Source: Sarea resinae (Eukaryota). Taken from it: a stretch of DNA of 64,000 nt. The notes below the pieces were generated by a model that worked only from the letters and a program-made list of their open reading frames with translations, did no database searches and was not told where the DNA came from. The DNA lies in NCBI GenBank assembly GCA_026026165.1, contig JAPEUD010000025.1, positions 124,001-188,000 on the forward strand, in the 5' to 3' direction. Both the position numbers and the translations under genes were made by a program. Below, piece after piece: positions 26,641 to 39,927 of this stretch; position 1 is the stretch's first letter; each line of letters opens with the position of its first letter.

Positions 26641-28632
26641 GCGGTGGATGAAATCAGCTTTTCACTCTGCTTCTTTCTGATTCACGGAAATGGCTGCAGC
26701 CTCAGCCAGACCTCGCGACTTTACATTCTCCTTTACTAACCCCTTCTTACTTCATCAACATTTATTTTCTTCCTTTCATCCTCTTTCATCCTCTTTCGCC
26801 TCTTATTCTGTTTCCCACCCGCCTTCATTATCCTGATAGAGGGATCACCATTTCCATAACCACCTCTGCGGCGGGACAATATTTCCTGCCTATTCACCTT
26901 TTAGGGTATCATTTACGGCTATGCTGCATACACACAATATGCACGTCTATGTTATATACAGATCACAGAGCTCGTCGTCGGCCAGCGGAAGAGAGATATG
27001 GGTTATTTTGATACATTTATGAAGATTTTATTTTCCTTCTAGGTGGTATTGATACCTTTGCGCTGTATGAGAATCGAAAAGCATCTCCTTTTCTTATTCT
27101 TCTATTCTGATATGCTCGTGGTGTGTAGTAGCCATCATTTGAAATGTTGGGCCATTACCCATCTGAACACGCTAATCATCTGTTTCAATCTTCCTGGTCT
27201 GTTTTATGTTCTGTTCTTGAGTGTGAAAAACGTTAATCTACACGACAGTAACTTATGGAAAAGACACTTGTCTCTCTGCCTTGTGCTGTTTTGTCTTCTT
27301 TATATTATCCTTACCCTGCCTTGTGATATCCTGCTATCATTACTCAGCGGACATCTCACCAAGGTCAATCAAAGGACAAGCCTGAATTCTTTACTCTTCA
27401 ACAGCACATTACAATTGTATTCAAAGGAAAGTGATAACAACAAATTCGTTGGAAATTCGTACATATATCCCTCGCTCTCCATCCCTTCTAGATAGCTGTA
27501 GATTGGAGAGTCCGTGCATCAGACGATCTATAATAATGAACAGAGGCCGCCTTACGCGGTCTGGCCGAGGTTGCCTAGAGTCAACGCTCGAATGACCGAC
27601 GCCGAAGTCAAACCCGACTTTCTGAATCTGACGGCCTAGGGTTGCTATCTGCAGGGTAGGTAGGTATTGGTCAAGAGGTATGTATTCGCGTAGCCTGTAG
27701 GTCAGCTTATGCTAGATAAGCCGGCGGGTTCGAGAAAACGGGGTAGGCAGCAGCAGCGAGGGCGTAAGGCGTAAGTCATGAGGCATGAGGCGTACGTATA
27801 AGGCACAATACAATTATAGAGCGGCAAGTGTGCGCCTGTTTCCTACCATTCAGAATATCGATCTCACTTGGAGTGATTTGAAGCGTATGGGACATGGTCG
27901 AGTCGGGTACGTGGGGTTTGTGATACGTGTGGATCATGAAACGATGAGCCAATGAGAGAGACGAAAGAGATCAAAGGGAAGAGGGAGGATCGATGGTGGA
28001 ATATGTTGAGGCCCTGTTCTGGAGGGAGCGAGAGGATAGGTGAAAAATGAGGGTGGTGAGTGGACAAGATAGGTAGGTATAAGCGCATATATATAGGCTG
28101 TGAACATCGAGGGCCAAGGTAGGTGGCTAAGGTATACGTAGGTGATCTTATAGATTGTATGGTGGTGAGGAGCTGGGATGGTCCAGATCAGCAAGGGAAA
28201 GGGGAGTTTCGATGAGGATGAAGCAGCCCCAGACTTTGCTAAAAGAAAACAAGAGGTACTTTGTGCCCGAACTCTGTTATTTGGGTAGCTAGCATCGATC
28301 ATCGAGAGGAGAGCGAGTAGAGGCACCATCTTAGGTGAGTCAGCGGCGCAGGAACTCTCTGCTCGGTTTGCCACGGACATTCATGGCTGTTCTCCTTCTT
28401 GCTTTTTTGACTTTGCGGAAGATCTGGAGCTGTGGGGTGGGAGGGAGGGCGGAGCGAGGTGGTGGTTGGTTGATCGCTGACTTGATCGATCGATTGGCTA
28501 GGTAGGCACTCGTACGTCGTCTGAGGCTGGGAGATCACGGAAAGGTATCTAGGGCAATGTAAGGGTAAAGCTTCGAGAATCCTTCAATGGGCCGATTATG
28601 TGATGGATCATCGCAGCGTTGTAGGGAAGAGG

Positions 28633-28667
28633 TGGAAATGGAAATGGAAATGGAAATGGAAATGGAA
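28633..28667. repeat. (GGAAAT)n hexamer microsatellite, about 5.5 copies
   Basis: ggaaatggaaatggaaatggaaatggaaatggaaa. Confidence 0.9.
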
Positions 28668-31109
28668 AAGCACAAGGAAAGGAAGGGATGGAAGGGAGGG
28701 TGGAGGAGCGGCAGGCTGGGAAGACAGGGAAAGCAGAATGGGCGAGTACGAAGGGTAGGTAGAAGCGTGATCGTGGCCATTATTGTTCTTCTGTCGCCGC
28801 ACGGGAACGAGGAGGAAGTGGAAGGGCGAGGAGAAAGATTTCGTGGGGTCCCTGTCTTTGATTGCGACGCAGAAAACTGTCTTGTTTGCAGTGAGGATGT
28901 TTGAATATTACTACCGCTTTTCCTGAACTTTTATTAAGAGCGAGTTGCTGCTGTGCACCGACTGTGGGGTACATGCATGCCAAGGTGAAGTGGATTGGAG
29001 AAGAAGAAGGCCAAGGCTCTTGTTATTTGTTGTTGTTTCTGACCATGTTAATAAGAGAGCAGCGGTGGACTTAGTTCTGGTATGACAGCTGAGAGCTGGA
29101 GTGGAGGCGAATGCATGGTCCGAGACTACGTAGGTAGTACTCCATGCAGTCTCGCTCGTGATGGCTGGCGATGACCATGGGTTTCCTATTGGATGAGCAG
29201 ACGAGCCGTGTCTCGTTCTCCATTGGGTTGCAGTACGACTGAAGGTACAGTAGTATCGCATCCATCGACGGATGGTGTGAAGCAAAGAATGCACTTTACG
29301 GATAGAGTATTCGTACTCCGATGGTGGCTCTACTATAGTACTATGAGTACTCGTAGGTAGAGCACTCCGGACTGCGTAAGGCAACAACAGCTGGAGACCA
29401 GGCCCCTTGCTATCCTGGGTCCCCTATCCCCGTCGCTGCCTCTCCCTCTGTCCCAGTCCAGTGGAGGTCTTTGTCCACCCCATACTTCTACTGTACGAAG
29501 TTCCGAGGTACGAAGTAAAGACCCTCGGACCAGGTTCTCTTTGGCCTTCGGTCGATTTTCTAGAAGCATACCTTATCAGGAGTCAGGAGCCTACCCCGGC
29601 CCGCGCACCCGCACTGCCACCGACTACCTGAGGTACCAAACCACACCAAACACGACGGACCGCCAAGAGAGGCATTTTGATGTGTCAAACTCTTCAACGC
29701 AACACACGCTGATTCGAGGAGTCGTCGAGGTCCCACCGCCAGCTTCATTCGAGTGCCTCCAAGTGCCGTGGGAGCTATACTTGCTCCTCTTTGGCTTGCT
29801 CTCCCCGCAGGGCACCAGAAAGAGGCGAGAAGGTAAAATAGTCCGGCGGAAAGAATGACGATAGGAACCCCAAGAGTCCTATTCATGTCATCTATCTCCT
29901 ACATCGGAGATCTTGGAGATCTGCCCTTTTTGACATATCGGAGAAATCTAAAATCATGCATTCTCAGCGTTGACGCTCGTTCTTTGTCTGCAGCTGGTAG
30001 GGCAGAGTAGGGCCGTGCGGGCCGATCCAACGTCGACGATCATTGATCAGAAATCCGGGCGTTCCTGGCAATCCAAGATTGACAGTGATTCTTTGCATAT
30101 TCATTATCAGTACGCGGCCGGACTATTACGGATGAGATACATCGTCGGCGATATCGATGGCTTCGAGAAAGAAAAGGGGATCTGCGTCGGCTAATAGCTT
30201 CGTAGCTCCGAGTGGCCACATCACGCCAGCGCAACGGAGCCATCGCCTTACTGCACCTAAAGCAATCGACACATACATGTACTCTACTGTAATGTAGCCT
30301 TCAATTACACTACTGTACCTAGTAGCAGGGAAAGCATTGCCCAAGTTCCCACCGGCCTCCCGCAGACAGCGCTGAGTGGGCTCTGTGGGGAGATTGGCTC
30401 GAGAGCGATGAATTGAGGTCGTTCAAGCGCGTGTAATGACTGGTGACGATGACATCTTCCGACGATAACGGCGAAATAGTGGCCAAAATGTTGGTCAGCT
30501 CTGATAGTCATCGCAATTGTTGCCGACTTCGAGCATCTGTCGTCACGAGTCCCGACGACGACGACGACGACGCCGTCGTCGTAGGTTGCCGTTTCGACCG
30601 ACTCTGGTTCCGTTCTGCTTTGGCGTTGGGCAACAACGTCTGGTTGACAATACTTTCCCTGGGCGGGTTTATGCATTACTTTTGTCAAGGCATCCATTGG
30701 ATGCTTAAGGTAGCCTTTTGTTGACAGGCGAGACCGGCAGTCATTAGACCTCCCGAACGCCGCAGCCACGGTCGCAAAGGATCCATAGATCCTACCTATG
30801 CATCTTCTCGACGTTTTCGAAATTTTTTTCTTTTTGCTTCTTCTAGGTGGCGCATGTAGGGAGCACCGAAGCGGCGAAGCGATGGAACATTCGATGGAAC
30901 GATCCATGGACTCGCAAGATCAGTCATCTTACAGAAGTGGGAGCATGATCAATCGTGCAGGGAGTAGTAGATCATTTTTTCTCTTGAGTTGGATGCTACA
31001 CACTCTCCTGCCTGCCCGGCCATTGGCAGATGCAGATGAGCGAATTCGATGCGTGGCGCATCAAGCATTGTGGTGTCTGGCAAATAGGTTAACGGGTCTC
31101 GTGTTTGAG

Positions 31110-31745
31110 CTTATCAGCAACTGCTAATGAACGACCGGGGTCGATTATTTTAGGACGACGACAGGACAACACTAAAATTCGACTGGCTTTGCCGCAAATC
31201 GGCCTTGCTCCAGCCACCGAGTCACTTACTCTCTTAGGACTTTGCTTGGGGAGCTGGAGGGCTGGAGGTTGACCACCCACGAACGTGCCCAGCGTACCGG
31301 GAACCCCCCAGTAGTCCGGCCGAGAGAGATCTGAGTGCGTCTTTCTTCTCCACAGCCAGAAGTCCAGGATGGTAGTCCTTTAGGTATCTACGAAGTGCAG
31401 TTGCTAGCTCACTAATGCTGGCCGGCTTTCTTCGCCCGTTCTAAAGCCAACTCCACCGTTATCTACAGCCTCTCTCCAGCCTTGAATCTGCCAGCCTCCA
31501 GCCTAATCCGGACAGACTAAGGTGTTTAGGTGCAGCTCGCACCCCGGAACGTGTCGTGTTGAAAGCCTGCCTGGAGAGATAAGGCTAAAGTAGGTAGGGG
31601 ACCTGGGCCAAGGCACGGAATCCCATTGAAGTACTCAAAGGGTGTGGACGACTGCGCGAAGATACTTGCACCAGGTCACTCTGTACCAGCCCAGGAGCCG
31701 ACAGCCCCCGGGCGCCGCCGAGCACTAAGGAGCCAATGAGATAAG
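31110..31745. promoter_or_regulatory. Candidate GATA (AreA-type) sites upstream of the amino-acid permease
   Basis: CTTATC at 31110 and GATAAG at 31578 and 31740, the last two in an identical GAGATAAGG context. General amino-acid permeases are classic nitrogen-regulated targets. The motifs are short and could be chance matches. Confidence 0.3.
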
Positions 31746-33041
31746 GTACAGGGCTGGGGGAGTCAGGTGGAAGAACAACAGCACATAACGAGAAGGATGG
31801 TATCAGCGACCGGACAAAGACAAGAAGGCTGGAAGGTGGTACTGGTCGTCGTCGTCGTAGGCAGGTCTGCCCTCTCCTCTACATCGATGAGTTCGGTGAC
31901 GGAAGAGACTGCAGCGTTGGAACCTATCAATATCGATCTTCGAGAGAGGAGAGGAGGTCATCAGCGACCGACCAAACACAGACCTATCAACGCTCATGGA
32001 TTTAGCTATCAGTAAGATTGAGACGCGGCCGAGGGGCCTTTGTTCTCCCTTGTGGACCCCTGTCGTCGAAGTACTGTACCGGTCAGTACATGTCAAAGAG
32101 AGAGTACCTACCTACGTAGTACCGACCTACCTACTTACCTACCTACCTAGGTTGGTGCGGCGGGCCTCGATTGGCAGTCGCAACCAGGCCGACCTACTGC
32201 AGTATTCGGTGAGCAACGGCTGCGAGCCAGATTACATGGGGCAGCCGGTCAGTATCATACCGTACTATGTAGTCTGTACGAAGCTACGATATGTGCTGTG
32301 TGAGTGAGGGAGTGAGTGGGGTGGGAGAGGGAGGAGCGACGACTTGAGCGCTGAGCCGTTCATTGGTGGGCCACGCCTCGTTCGCGGGTGGGGCCCGATC
32401 TTAGGTCGTTCTAGGGTCAGAAAAGCCGAGCGGACGGCGGGCGAGGGACGAGGGACGAGGGTCAAGGGGGAGGGGACCGAGGGACCCTACCTGACGGTGC
32501 GTGTGGCCAAAGTACCTCCAGTACCTCACTCAGTCCAATACGACTAGGCATCTCGTCCCCCCGTAACCCTCAAGCTCCCCAAATCGCATTTCCCGTTTTC
32601 CCACATCCCACTGCTGGACTCGGAGTAGTCAGGAAGCTTGAGAGGCTTAGTCGCCTCATCCCTCATCCACCACCCACCCTCCGACAGCCACAGTTGCACG
32701 GTTGCATCTTGCAGCACTTGCATGAGATACCACGGTACAATCGACTACTCGTCTACTCGTCTACTCGTCTACACCCTTCACCTTCTGCTTTTAAAGCAAG
32801 GCATCTCCCTCTCTTGTGCCCCCAGTCTGTCAGTCAGTGTTCTGTTACAGGAGTCATCTATTCCCAACACCATCCTTTCTCTTCCCATCCACCACCTTTC
32901 CCGATTCCGGTGGCCGAGTGTCCATCGCTGGTCTTTCACCATCAACGTCGCCGTTGATCGGACGATCGCTCTCGAGGACAGACATCTCCAGCGGGATCCA
33001 CATATCATCGCCGTCCGGACGCCGCAAGCGATATATTCAAT

Positions 33042-35023
33042 ATGGGGGAAGCAGAAGAGAAGCAGATAGATACGTCTTATTCGACCGAATCGCCCGACGG
33101 CCCCCCGGCATACGGCGAATCGTCCGTGAGTCACGAGCCCTGGTCAAGACGTTTCATCGACAGCTTCAAGAGAGACCCCAATGCTCGGGCAACTCCGAAG
33201 GGCGTTGTGGGCGCGAATGGCCATGTCTTCGACCCCGAGGTCGCAGCGGCTGCCACTGCCGAATCTCCTCTCTCTAGAAAACTCAAGGGTCGTCACTTGC
33301 AGATGATCGCCATCGGCGGCTCTATCGGTGGGTCATCCAGTTGGTTGCGGAATGATAGCTCTTGCTGATCGATCTAGGTACTGGTCTCTTTGTCGGTTCT
33401 GGCAAGGCCTTGGCGGCTGGCGGTCCTGCTTCTCTGGTCATTGCTTTCTGCCTCATCGGAATCATGTTGTACTGCACGGTCCACGCCCTCGGTGAAATGG
33501 CCGTTCTATTTCCCGTCGCTGGTTCATTCGCTGCTTTCTCCACTCGTTTCATCGATCCGGCGTGGGGCTTTGCCATGGGTTGGAAGTGAGTGGTCTCAAA
33601 ACATCTATGCGAGGTCGAAAACTAATATGATACCAGTTATGCTCTCCAATGGCTTATCGTCCTACCTCTCGAAATTGTCGCCGCCTCGATCACTATCCAA
33701 TATTGGAATAGTTCCATTTCGCCTGCTGCCTGGGTCACTATTTTCCTTGCCGTCATTATCGCGATCAACCTCTTCGGTGTCAAGGGATACGGTGAAGCCG
33801 AGTTTGTGTTCGCCATTATTAAGGTCGTTGCAATTATAGGATATATGTAAGAGACCGCAGACCTGAGATTGAGAGCATGACTAACATTTGGAAATAGTAT
33901 CCTCGGAATTGTATTGAATTGCGGTGGCGGGCCCCATGGTGGCTACATCGGCGGCAAATACTGGCATAACCCCGGTGCTTTCAACCACGGTTTCAAGGGT
34001 CTCTGCAGTGTGTTCGTCACCGCCGCTTTCTCCTTCGCCGGTACCGAACTCGTTGGTCTTGCTGCTGCCGAGACTGCCAATCCGAGGAAGTCGCTCCCAA
34101 CTGCCGTGAAGCAGGTCTTCTGGCGTATTGCTTTGGTACGTTATCGGAACTTCTATATTGAGCCATTTGGGGCAACTAGACTAATGGATAATATCTAGTT
34201 TTACATCGTTTCCCTCACTCTCGTCAGTCTCCTGGTGCCATATACCGATGAGCGTCTTCTCAATGGCAAGAATTCCGAGGATGCCCATGCTTCGCCCTTT
34301 GTCATTTCTATCGTTAATGCCGGTATCTCGGGTCTCCCTTCGGTCATGAACGTCGTCATCTTGGTTGCTGTCTTGTCTGTTGGAAACTCTTCCATCTACG
34401 GTTCTTCACGTACACTGGCAGCTCTAGCCGACCAGGGACAGGCTCCCAGAATCTTGGGTTATATTGACAGAACTGGCCGTCCTATCGTTTCTATTGGGCT
34501 CTCCTCTATCCTTGGTTTCCTCGCCTACCTCGCTGCTTCGGACAAGGAGCAGACAGCCTTCAACTGGATGCTCGCCATCTCCGGTCTCAGTTCCATCTTC
34601 ACCTGGGGCTCCATTTGCCTCGCACACATCCGTTTCCGCAAGGCATGGAAGGTACAAGGTCATTCGCTTGACGAACTTGCTTTCCGCTCGCAAGCCGGCT
34701 TGTTCGGCTCTTGGTGCGGCTTTATCTTCAATATTCTTGTCTTGATGGCCCAATTCTGGACAGGATTTGCACCTATCGGCTATGCGTCCATGTCGGCCTC
34801 GGAAAAGACCTCGAGCTTCTTCCAGGCTTACCTCGCCGCGCCCATCATCATCGCCTTCTACATTCCGTACAAGATCTGGTACCGCACGCCCTTCATGCGC
34901 GCCAAGGACATGGATCTCAAGACCGGTATCCGTGAACTCAACCTCGCCGAGCTCATTGCCGAAGAGCGTGCTGAGAGGCAAAGCTGGCCAGCATGGAAGC
35001 GCTGCTATAAGTTTGTCTGCTAG
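33042..35023 (+). CDS. General amino-acid permease (YAT/APC family, GAP1-like); exons 33042-33327, 33378-33585, 33637-33846, 33898-34135, 34199-35023
   Basis: Motifs LKGRHLQMIAIGGSIG|TGLFVGSG, ALGEM, RFIDPAWGFAMGW, GYGEAEF and AAFSFAGTELVGLAAAETANP. The C-terminus is FVC, resembling the FWC tail. Confidence 0.95.
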
Positions 35024-38000
35024 ATTTCTTTCCTTTCGTCATTTTCTTTCCCGCCGCGATGATCTGGATCGGGTGGGCTTTGGGTCTGCTGATGTGCTGC
35101 ATTTTTGGCGGGGATAAGGGTTCATCTCTATAAATGCAATGAGAATGGAGCTTTTCTTTTTGGTTGTAGAATACCACAATCGTGTTCCACCTTTTGAATA
35201 AATGAGATATGAAAATATTCCTGATGACTGATCTCTTGTGCTCTTGATTTGAAGAGAGAACCATATTCCTCACCCTGGATTCCGCCCCAGAAATTTGGTA
35301 TTCGGTAGTATATGCGATGGATGGCGGAGATACTCAGCCATTTCCCTCTAGAGTCACTCGTCCCGGACGGATGTACAATAAGAAATATGGTGCGGATATG
35401 GTCGCTTGCTGCGTCAAGGAGGCGGTATAGCTCGGCAGAATTGTTTAGAACAAGTTCATCGAAGTCTTTACATAGACTCATTCTGCGTCTTCTTGAGAGA
35501 GATATGCGAATTCCTCGGGCTGTACTTCTCATCAGAGCAGGACGGTCCGTACAGGAGTAACAGATGAATTCTTCCCCCGGTCTATGCGCATACCGCCATG
35601 CAACGACTCGATTCTCCCGGGTGAAATTGGCATATACTCAGATTTTTACTAATTCAATCTACTCCAGATTCTCTGTCAGCCTCATTGCCGTCTTCCACCC
35701 ACGATTTTTCCTTTGTAGAACTTGTCTCTCTTACGTCTCACGTCTGCTTTTCCTGATCATTGTCTTGCCTGATTTTCTCAACCGAAATCCCCCTGTGGGA
35801 TCCACGTCTGCTACGCCTTACAGTACCAAGGTGCGAAATGATGCCGATCCGAGGCTTGTTTCTTCAGGTTCTCATTCTTGGGAACTAATGTTTCTGTTTT
35901 GAAGCTCTCTTCAGTCTCCTGGTCTTCTTAAACACAGGTCCAAAAAAATATCAAAATTCAAGAGAGGAGTAGACGCTTCTGGGGCGGTAAAGCCTAACTT
36001 CTTTTCTCTAAGGGCGTCCTCTAGGAGAGCTATGCTACCGGGTCACAGTTGCTTCTTGCTTTTCGTAAGGATGCCAAGAGGCTCATGGCTTCCTTGGAGC
36101 GGGCATTTTCCCGCTGTCTTCAATCCACGTTCGAACAGATCGTTACTATCAACAGCATATAGCAATCAATCGCTGCTCTAGGAAAGCCCAGCCGGCGTCC
36201 AGATTGTCAGCCATGGCGAGCGCTGAAAGCAGAGGCATCATGTTGTCTATCAATAGCAAACCAATGTTGGTGCGCAGCAGAGACGTGGCTCTCCTATCTA
36301 TTTCAGCCGATACATACGATACCAGCAGAAGTGCAATATCGGGACAAAGTCACCTTCCGGACGACGATTCTTCCATGCGCAAAATACTAATTGGCTGAAG
36401 TTTCGTAGGATATGCATGTCCTCCTTTCTCATTGAGCTCGGTCTATTCACCATCACTCATCCAGCACTGATATTTTACTACCCAATTAAGCTTGAATTTG
36501 GCCAAGATCATGCTCAAGCCATTAGCAATAATTGACTCATCTATCAGCCAATGCCTTTGCTCAATACGTCAGTACCTGCAGCCAAAACTCTGTAGGTGCG
36601 ACCCCTGGCGCAGAACCTACACACGTGCGGGAATGAGCTACCATTGAAGACGGTGGTGGGTGGGCACCAGAGGAATCCGATGCTGAAGCCGCCACACATC
36701 CAGCCTTGCGTTGCCTAATTAGGTGTCTGTTCGCCGGCAAACCTGATGGGCGGCATCGACTAGGCAAGAATTGCAGATGAATTCTAGTCCGCAGTATCGA
36801 CTCTGCCAGACATGCTGCCGAGACATAGCGAACGAATAATCCATTGCCGGATGGGGATGTCGAGGGGGATCCTTGTTTGGCGCTCAATTGCAGCAACAAC
36901 GAATGGGGGATCAATGACGGAGGCTGCGACAGCAGATACGGCCATCCCGTGGACGCCTTTGCAGACACTTATGGAGAAGTGCCGCCCTCGACGAGCTTCA
37001 GTGCTCAGATATTTCCCGCTTTGTATCTCACTGGGCTAGATTGTCGACTCACCGCGGCGTCAGGGGCACGCACTACATTCCGAAGGATTACCGTCTACGC
37101 GCACTGTCTTTTCTTGACGAGAGCGCTTGACAGAAATGGTGATATATAGAATTCGGCTGGTGGCTCGACTCAGCAGCTTGAGCATTTGTCTTAACGGGAA
37201 GAGAAGAGAGAAGAGGACGAGTTTCGAACGGTGGCAACGAAAGCATTCATCTATAGCGGACGAGGAGGGCCAAGGGGGTCTAGACATACTCTACTTCAAT
37301 CTCACTCTCTAATGTCCCCTCACTCTCAAGAGTCCACTAACGAACAACGGAGTAGGTTGCTGTCTATATTGACTCTCACTTTCCCTTCGACCTACGCTTC
37401 GAAAAGATCTCTTCCACTTCTGCTGTGGTGATTTGCACATGTACGCGTCCTTTCACACGAGCAAGCTGTGGCCAGAAGACAGCAAGGAAAGACGGACAAT
37501 CTATAGAACCGCGAGTCTAGAATTTCAGCCAGATCTCATCCTCTATACTGCGGCAAAAAACACCTCTCGTTCAGAGTACATAGTACAGCTCCCTAAACAC
37601 ACCTTTTTACCGCGTTTCTGAGTACAAGCCTAGAATCTTGCAGAAGGGTCATTCAGGGAATAGCAGAAATATCAAGCACAGACTTTAAGGTAAAGCCGAG
37701 CGATCTTTTAAGAGCAAAGAAGGGGGGGCGGGAAGGAAAAACAGGGAAATGAGTGGCCTCTAATCAAGAAGAGCAAAAGATGAAAAAAAGACAAAGGAAC
37801 GACAGACGGGAAAGAGATCACTACGACAAGGCAATGTGCGCTGAATTTCAATTCAGAAGACGTTACCCGTGCAATTCAGAGGCTTTTGCTAGACTCCCTT
37901 GTTGCAAATGAGATGATCATTAGCTGATGTCTAGCGTTTATGATTAGGAAAGCAACATTGAGGTTCTCTGAAGTATGTCCTAATTGCTACAGGATGTGCT

Positions 38001-38594
38001 CATACTTGAAACGTACGTTTCATAACCATCTTAGAGCATTAATCGTGAAGAAGTGAAAGCTTTCTAGTAGCGGATATCGAGAACAACCAGTGTCATATGC
38101 AGAGAATTAGCAAGGGTGGGCGAGAGCCTCTGAACCGCTTAAGTACAGAGTTTAGGGCTTGGCAGAAGCTTGTTCGAATATCCACGACAAAATTCAAGGC
38201 GATTCTTACCATTTTCACAGGCAACGATTTGGCTCATTGTGTGGAGACAGATCGTATATCATACAGGTTCTATAGTCCATCCTTTAGAGTATTTCGCTCC
38301 CTTAGCCACTAGCCGCACGTGAAGTCAATGAAAGCAGTATTGAATCTGCTCAAGTTCGAATTTTGAGATTATTAAAATACAATAGTGACTGTCATAATTT
38401 CCATGCAACAAAACACCAATCCTCCAAGCTAAGCAATGTCCATGCAAGTCAAACCCGCGCTAAAATGTCGAAGATGCTCAAATGATTTGGATGCCTTTTT
38501 CATGCTTTGTGGCGTTTGTAAATGACCGGAACTCAAGAGGGGAGAGTTGGGAGCGGATCGTCCTGGCGAGTTATGAGACTCGATCGTCAACCCC

Positions 38595-39248
38595 TTACTC
38601 AATCTGGATCCTCCTCGACTGTGGAGCAGTAGTCTTGGGCACGACAATGCTCAGGATCCCATTCTTGAGACTGGCCTTGACGGCGTCCTGGTTGACTCTT
38701 GTCGGAAATGTAAAGGTGCGATGGAACTCGCCCACAGACCTCTCCGAGACCCAGTACTTGGAAGAGTCCTCGTCTTCGGCAGCTGCGGTGGAGCGTTCAG
38801 CTTCTTGCGGCTGGCTGGCGGCATCCTCGTCTTCGACGGTGGCTTTGTGCGTCAGACGTGCGGGCTCCTTGCCGTTCCCAATGGCTCCTGCGGGAGGAGT
38901 GCCCTTGGTGAAGGAGCGTTCGGTGTGGCCGCTAATGACGAGAGTATGCGGGTCAACGAACTCAATGTTGACGTCTTCTTGGTTGATCCCTGGGAGTTCG
39001 CCGTGGAGTTCGTAGGAGTCCTTGACTTCGCGGACATCGAACTTTGGCTGGAAGGCGCGGATGCTTGAAGGCGTGTGAGAGGCGCGGTGGACATCGTAGT
39101 CGTCGAGGAGGCGGAAGATTGGGGCGAAGTCGCCTGGAGAGAATCGTGGAAAGCCAGACATCTTGCGAGTGGTGTTGTAGATAAGTGGTGTCTTTGACAG
39201 TTTGAAGACTTGAGGTAGTCGAGTCGATGTTGCTCTGAAAGTTTGCAT
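38595..39248 (-). CDS. hsp30: Small heat-shock protein (Hsp20/Hsp30, alpha-crystallin domain); main start probably 39161, with an in-frame upstream ATG at 39248
   Basis: Intronless. Motifs FAPIFRLLDDYD, FQPKFDVRE, YELHGELPGI, YWVSERSVGEFHRTFTFP, VKASLKNGILSIVVPK and a C-terminal I-x-I (RRIQIE). Confidence 0.95.
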   Translation of the reverse strand: MQTFRATSTRLPQVFKLSKTPLIYNTTRKMSGFPRFSPGDFAPIFRLLDDYDVHRASHTPSSIRAFQPKFDVREVKDSYELHGELPGINQEDVNIEFVDPHTLVISGHTERSFTKGTPPAGAIGNGKEPARLTHKATVEDEDAASQPQEAERSTAAAEDEDSSKYWVSERSVGEFHRTFTFPTRVNQDAVKASLKNGILSIVVPKTTAPQSRRIQIE

Positions 39249-39303
39249 TTATGCTTCGATTGTTTGTTCTGATGAAGAGACTTGGAAGAGACGTTGGCCA
39301 AGC

Positions 39304-39548
39304 TTATATATTTGTTGCCTGGCGCATTGGAAGGAACGAGAATGCTCCTGGTCATCCTTCCCGAACGCAATTCCGACCTCGAATGTTCTCATTCTGACAG
39401 CTGGCCAGGGATTGCCCGGATGCGGACACTGTTGTGGTATGATTGAGCTGCGTCAAGAAGATGCTCGTAGGTACTGGAAGCTCGAAGCCTTGGGGGAGCT
39501 CGGGCCACGAGCGGCTGTCGATTGGGTGGAAGAGCTGTAGAATGTTCC
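39304..39548 (-). promoter_or_regulatory. hsp30 promoter: TATA box and heat-shock elements
   Basis: TATATAA on the minus strand at 39304-39310. Inverted nGAAn units: cTTCccGAAc (39357-39366), cGAAtgTTCt (39380-39389) and aGAAtgTTCc (39539-39548). Confidence 0.65.
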
Positions 39549-39927
39549 AGGATGTGCTCGCTAGACCTCGAGGATCCCAGCAAGCGTCGAGAGCGCCGGT
39601 ACGACGGTACTCGCCCGCGAATGACTGGCCGAGGGCCCAGATGACTAAGCATGCCCTGCCCTCTGCTTCTATCATTGTTGCCCGATCATGACCCTCAACT
39701 TGCCTTCATGTGGTAACGCCGACGGCAGCTCCGGAACGACTCCCTGCTCGTCCGCCGCGTGCGGGGCGTCGAGCGGAGACGAGATGCTTCTAGAGTAGCA
39801 GGCCGAAAGAGGTCGTCACGGTGAACGGTGAACGGTGACCGGTGACCGCAAGATCACGTCAACAAGGAGAAGTACTGTATCATTCGAGAGCATTCCTCTG
39901 CAAGAATCACATCACTGTCGAACCCTC

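Noticed and set aside
27043..27495. 150-aa hydrophobic ORF
   Set aside because: It has a non-ATG start and lies in T-rich sequence downstream of the kinase; the hydrophobicity is a base-composition artefact.
30553..39847. Short tandem repeats: (GAC)n at ~30553, (TACTCGTC)x3 at ~32746, (CGGTGAA/C)x4 at ~39819
   Set aside because: These are ordinary slippage microsatellites without spacers, so they are not CRISPR-like.
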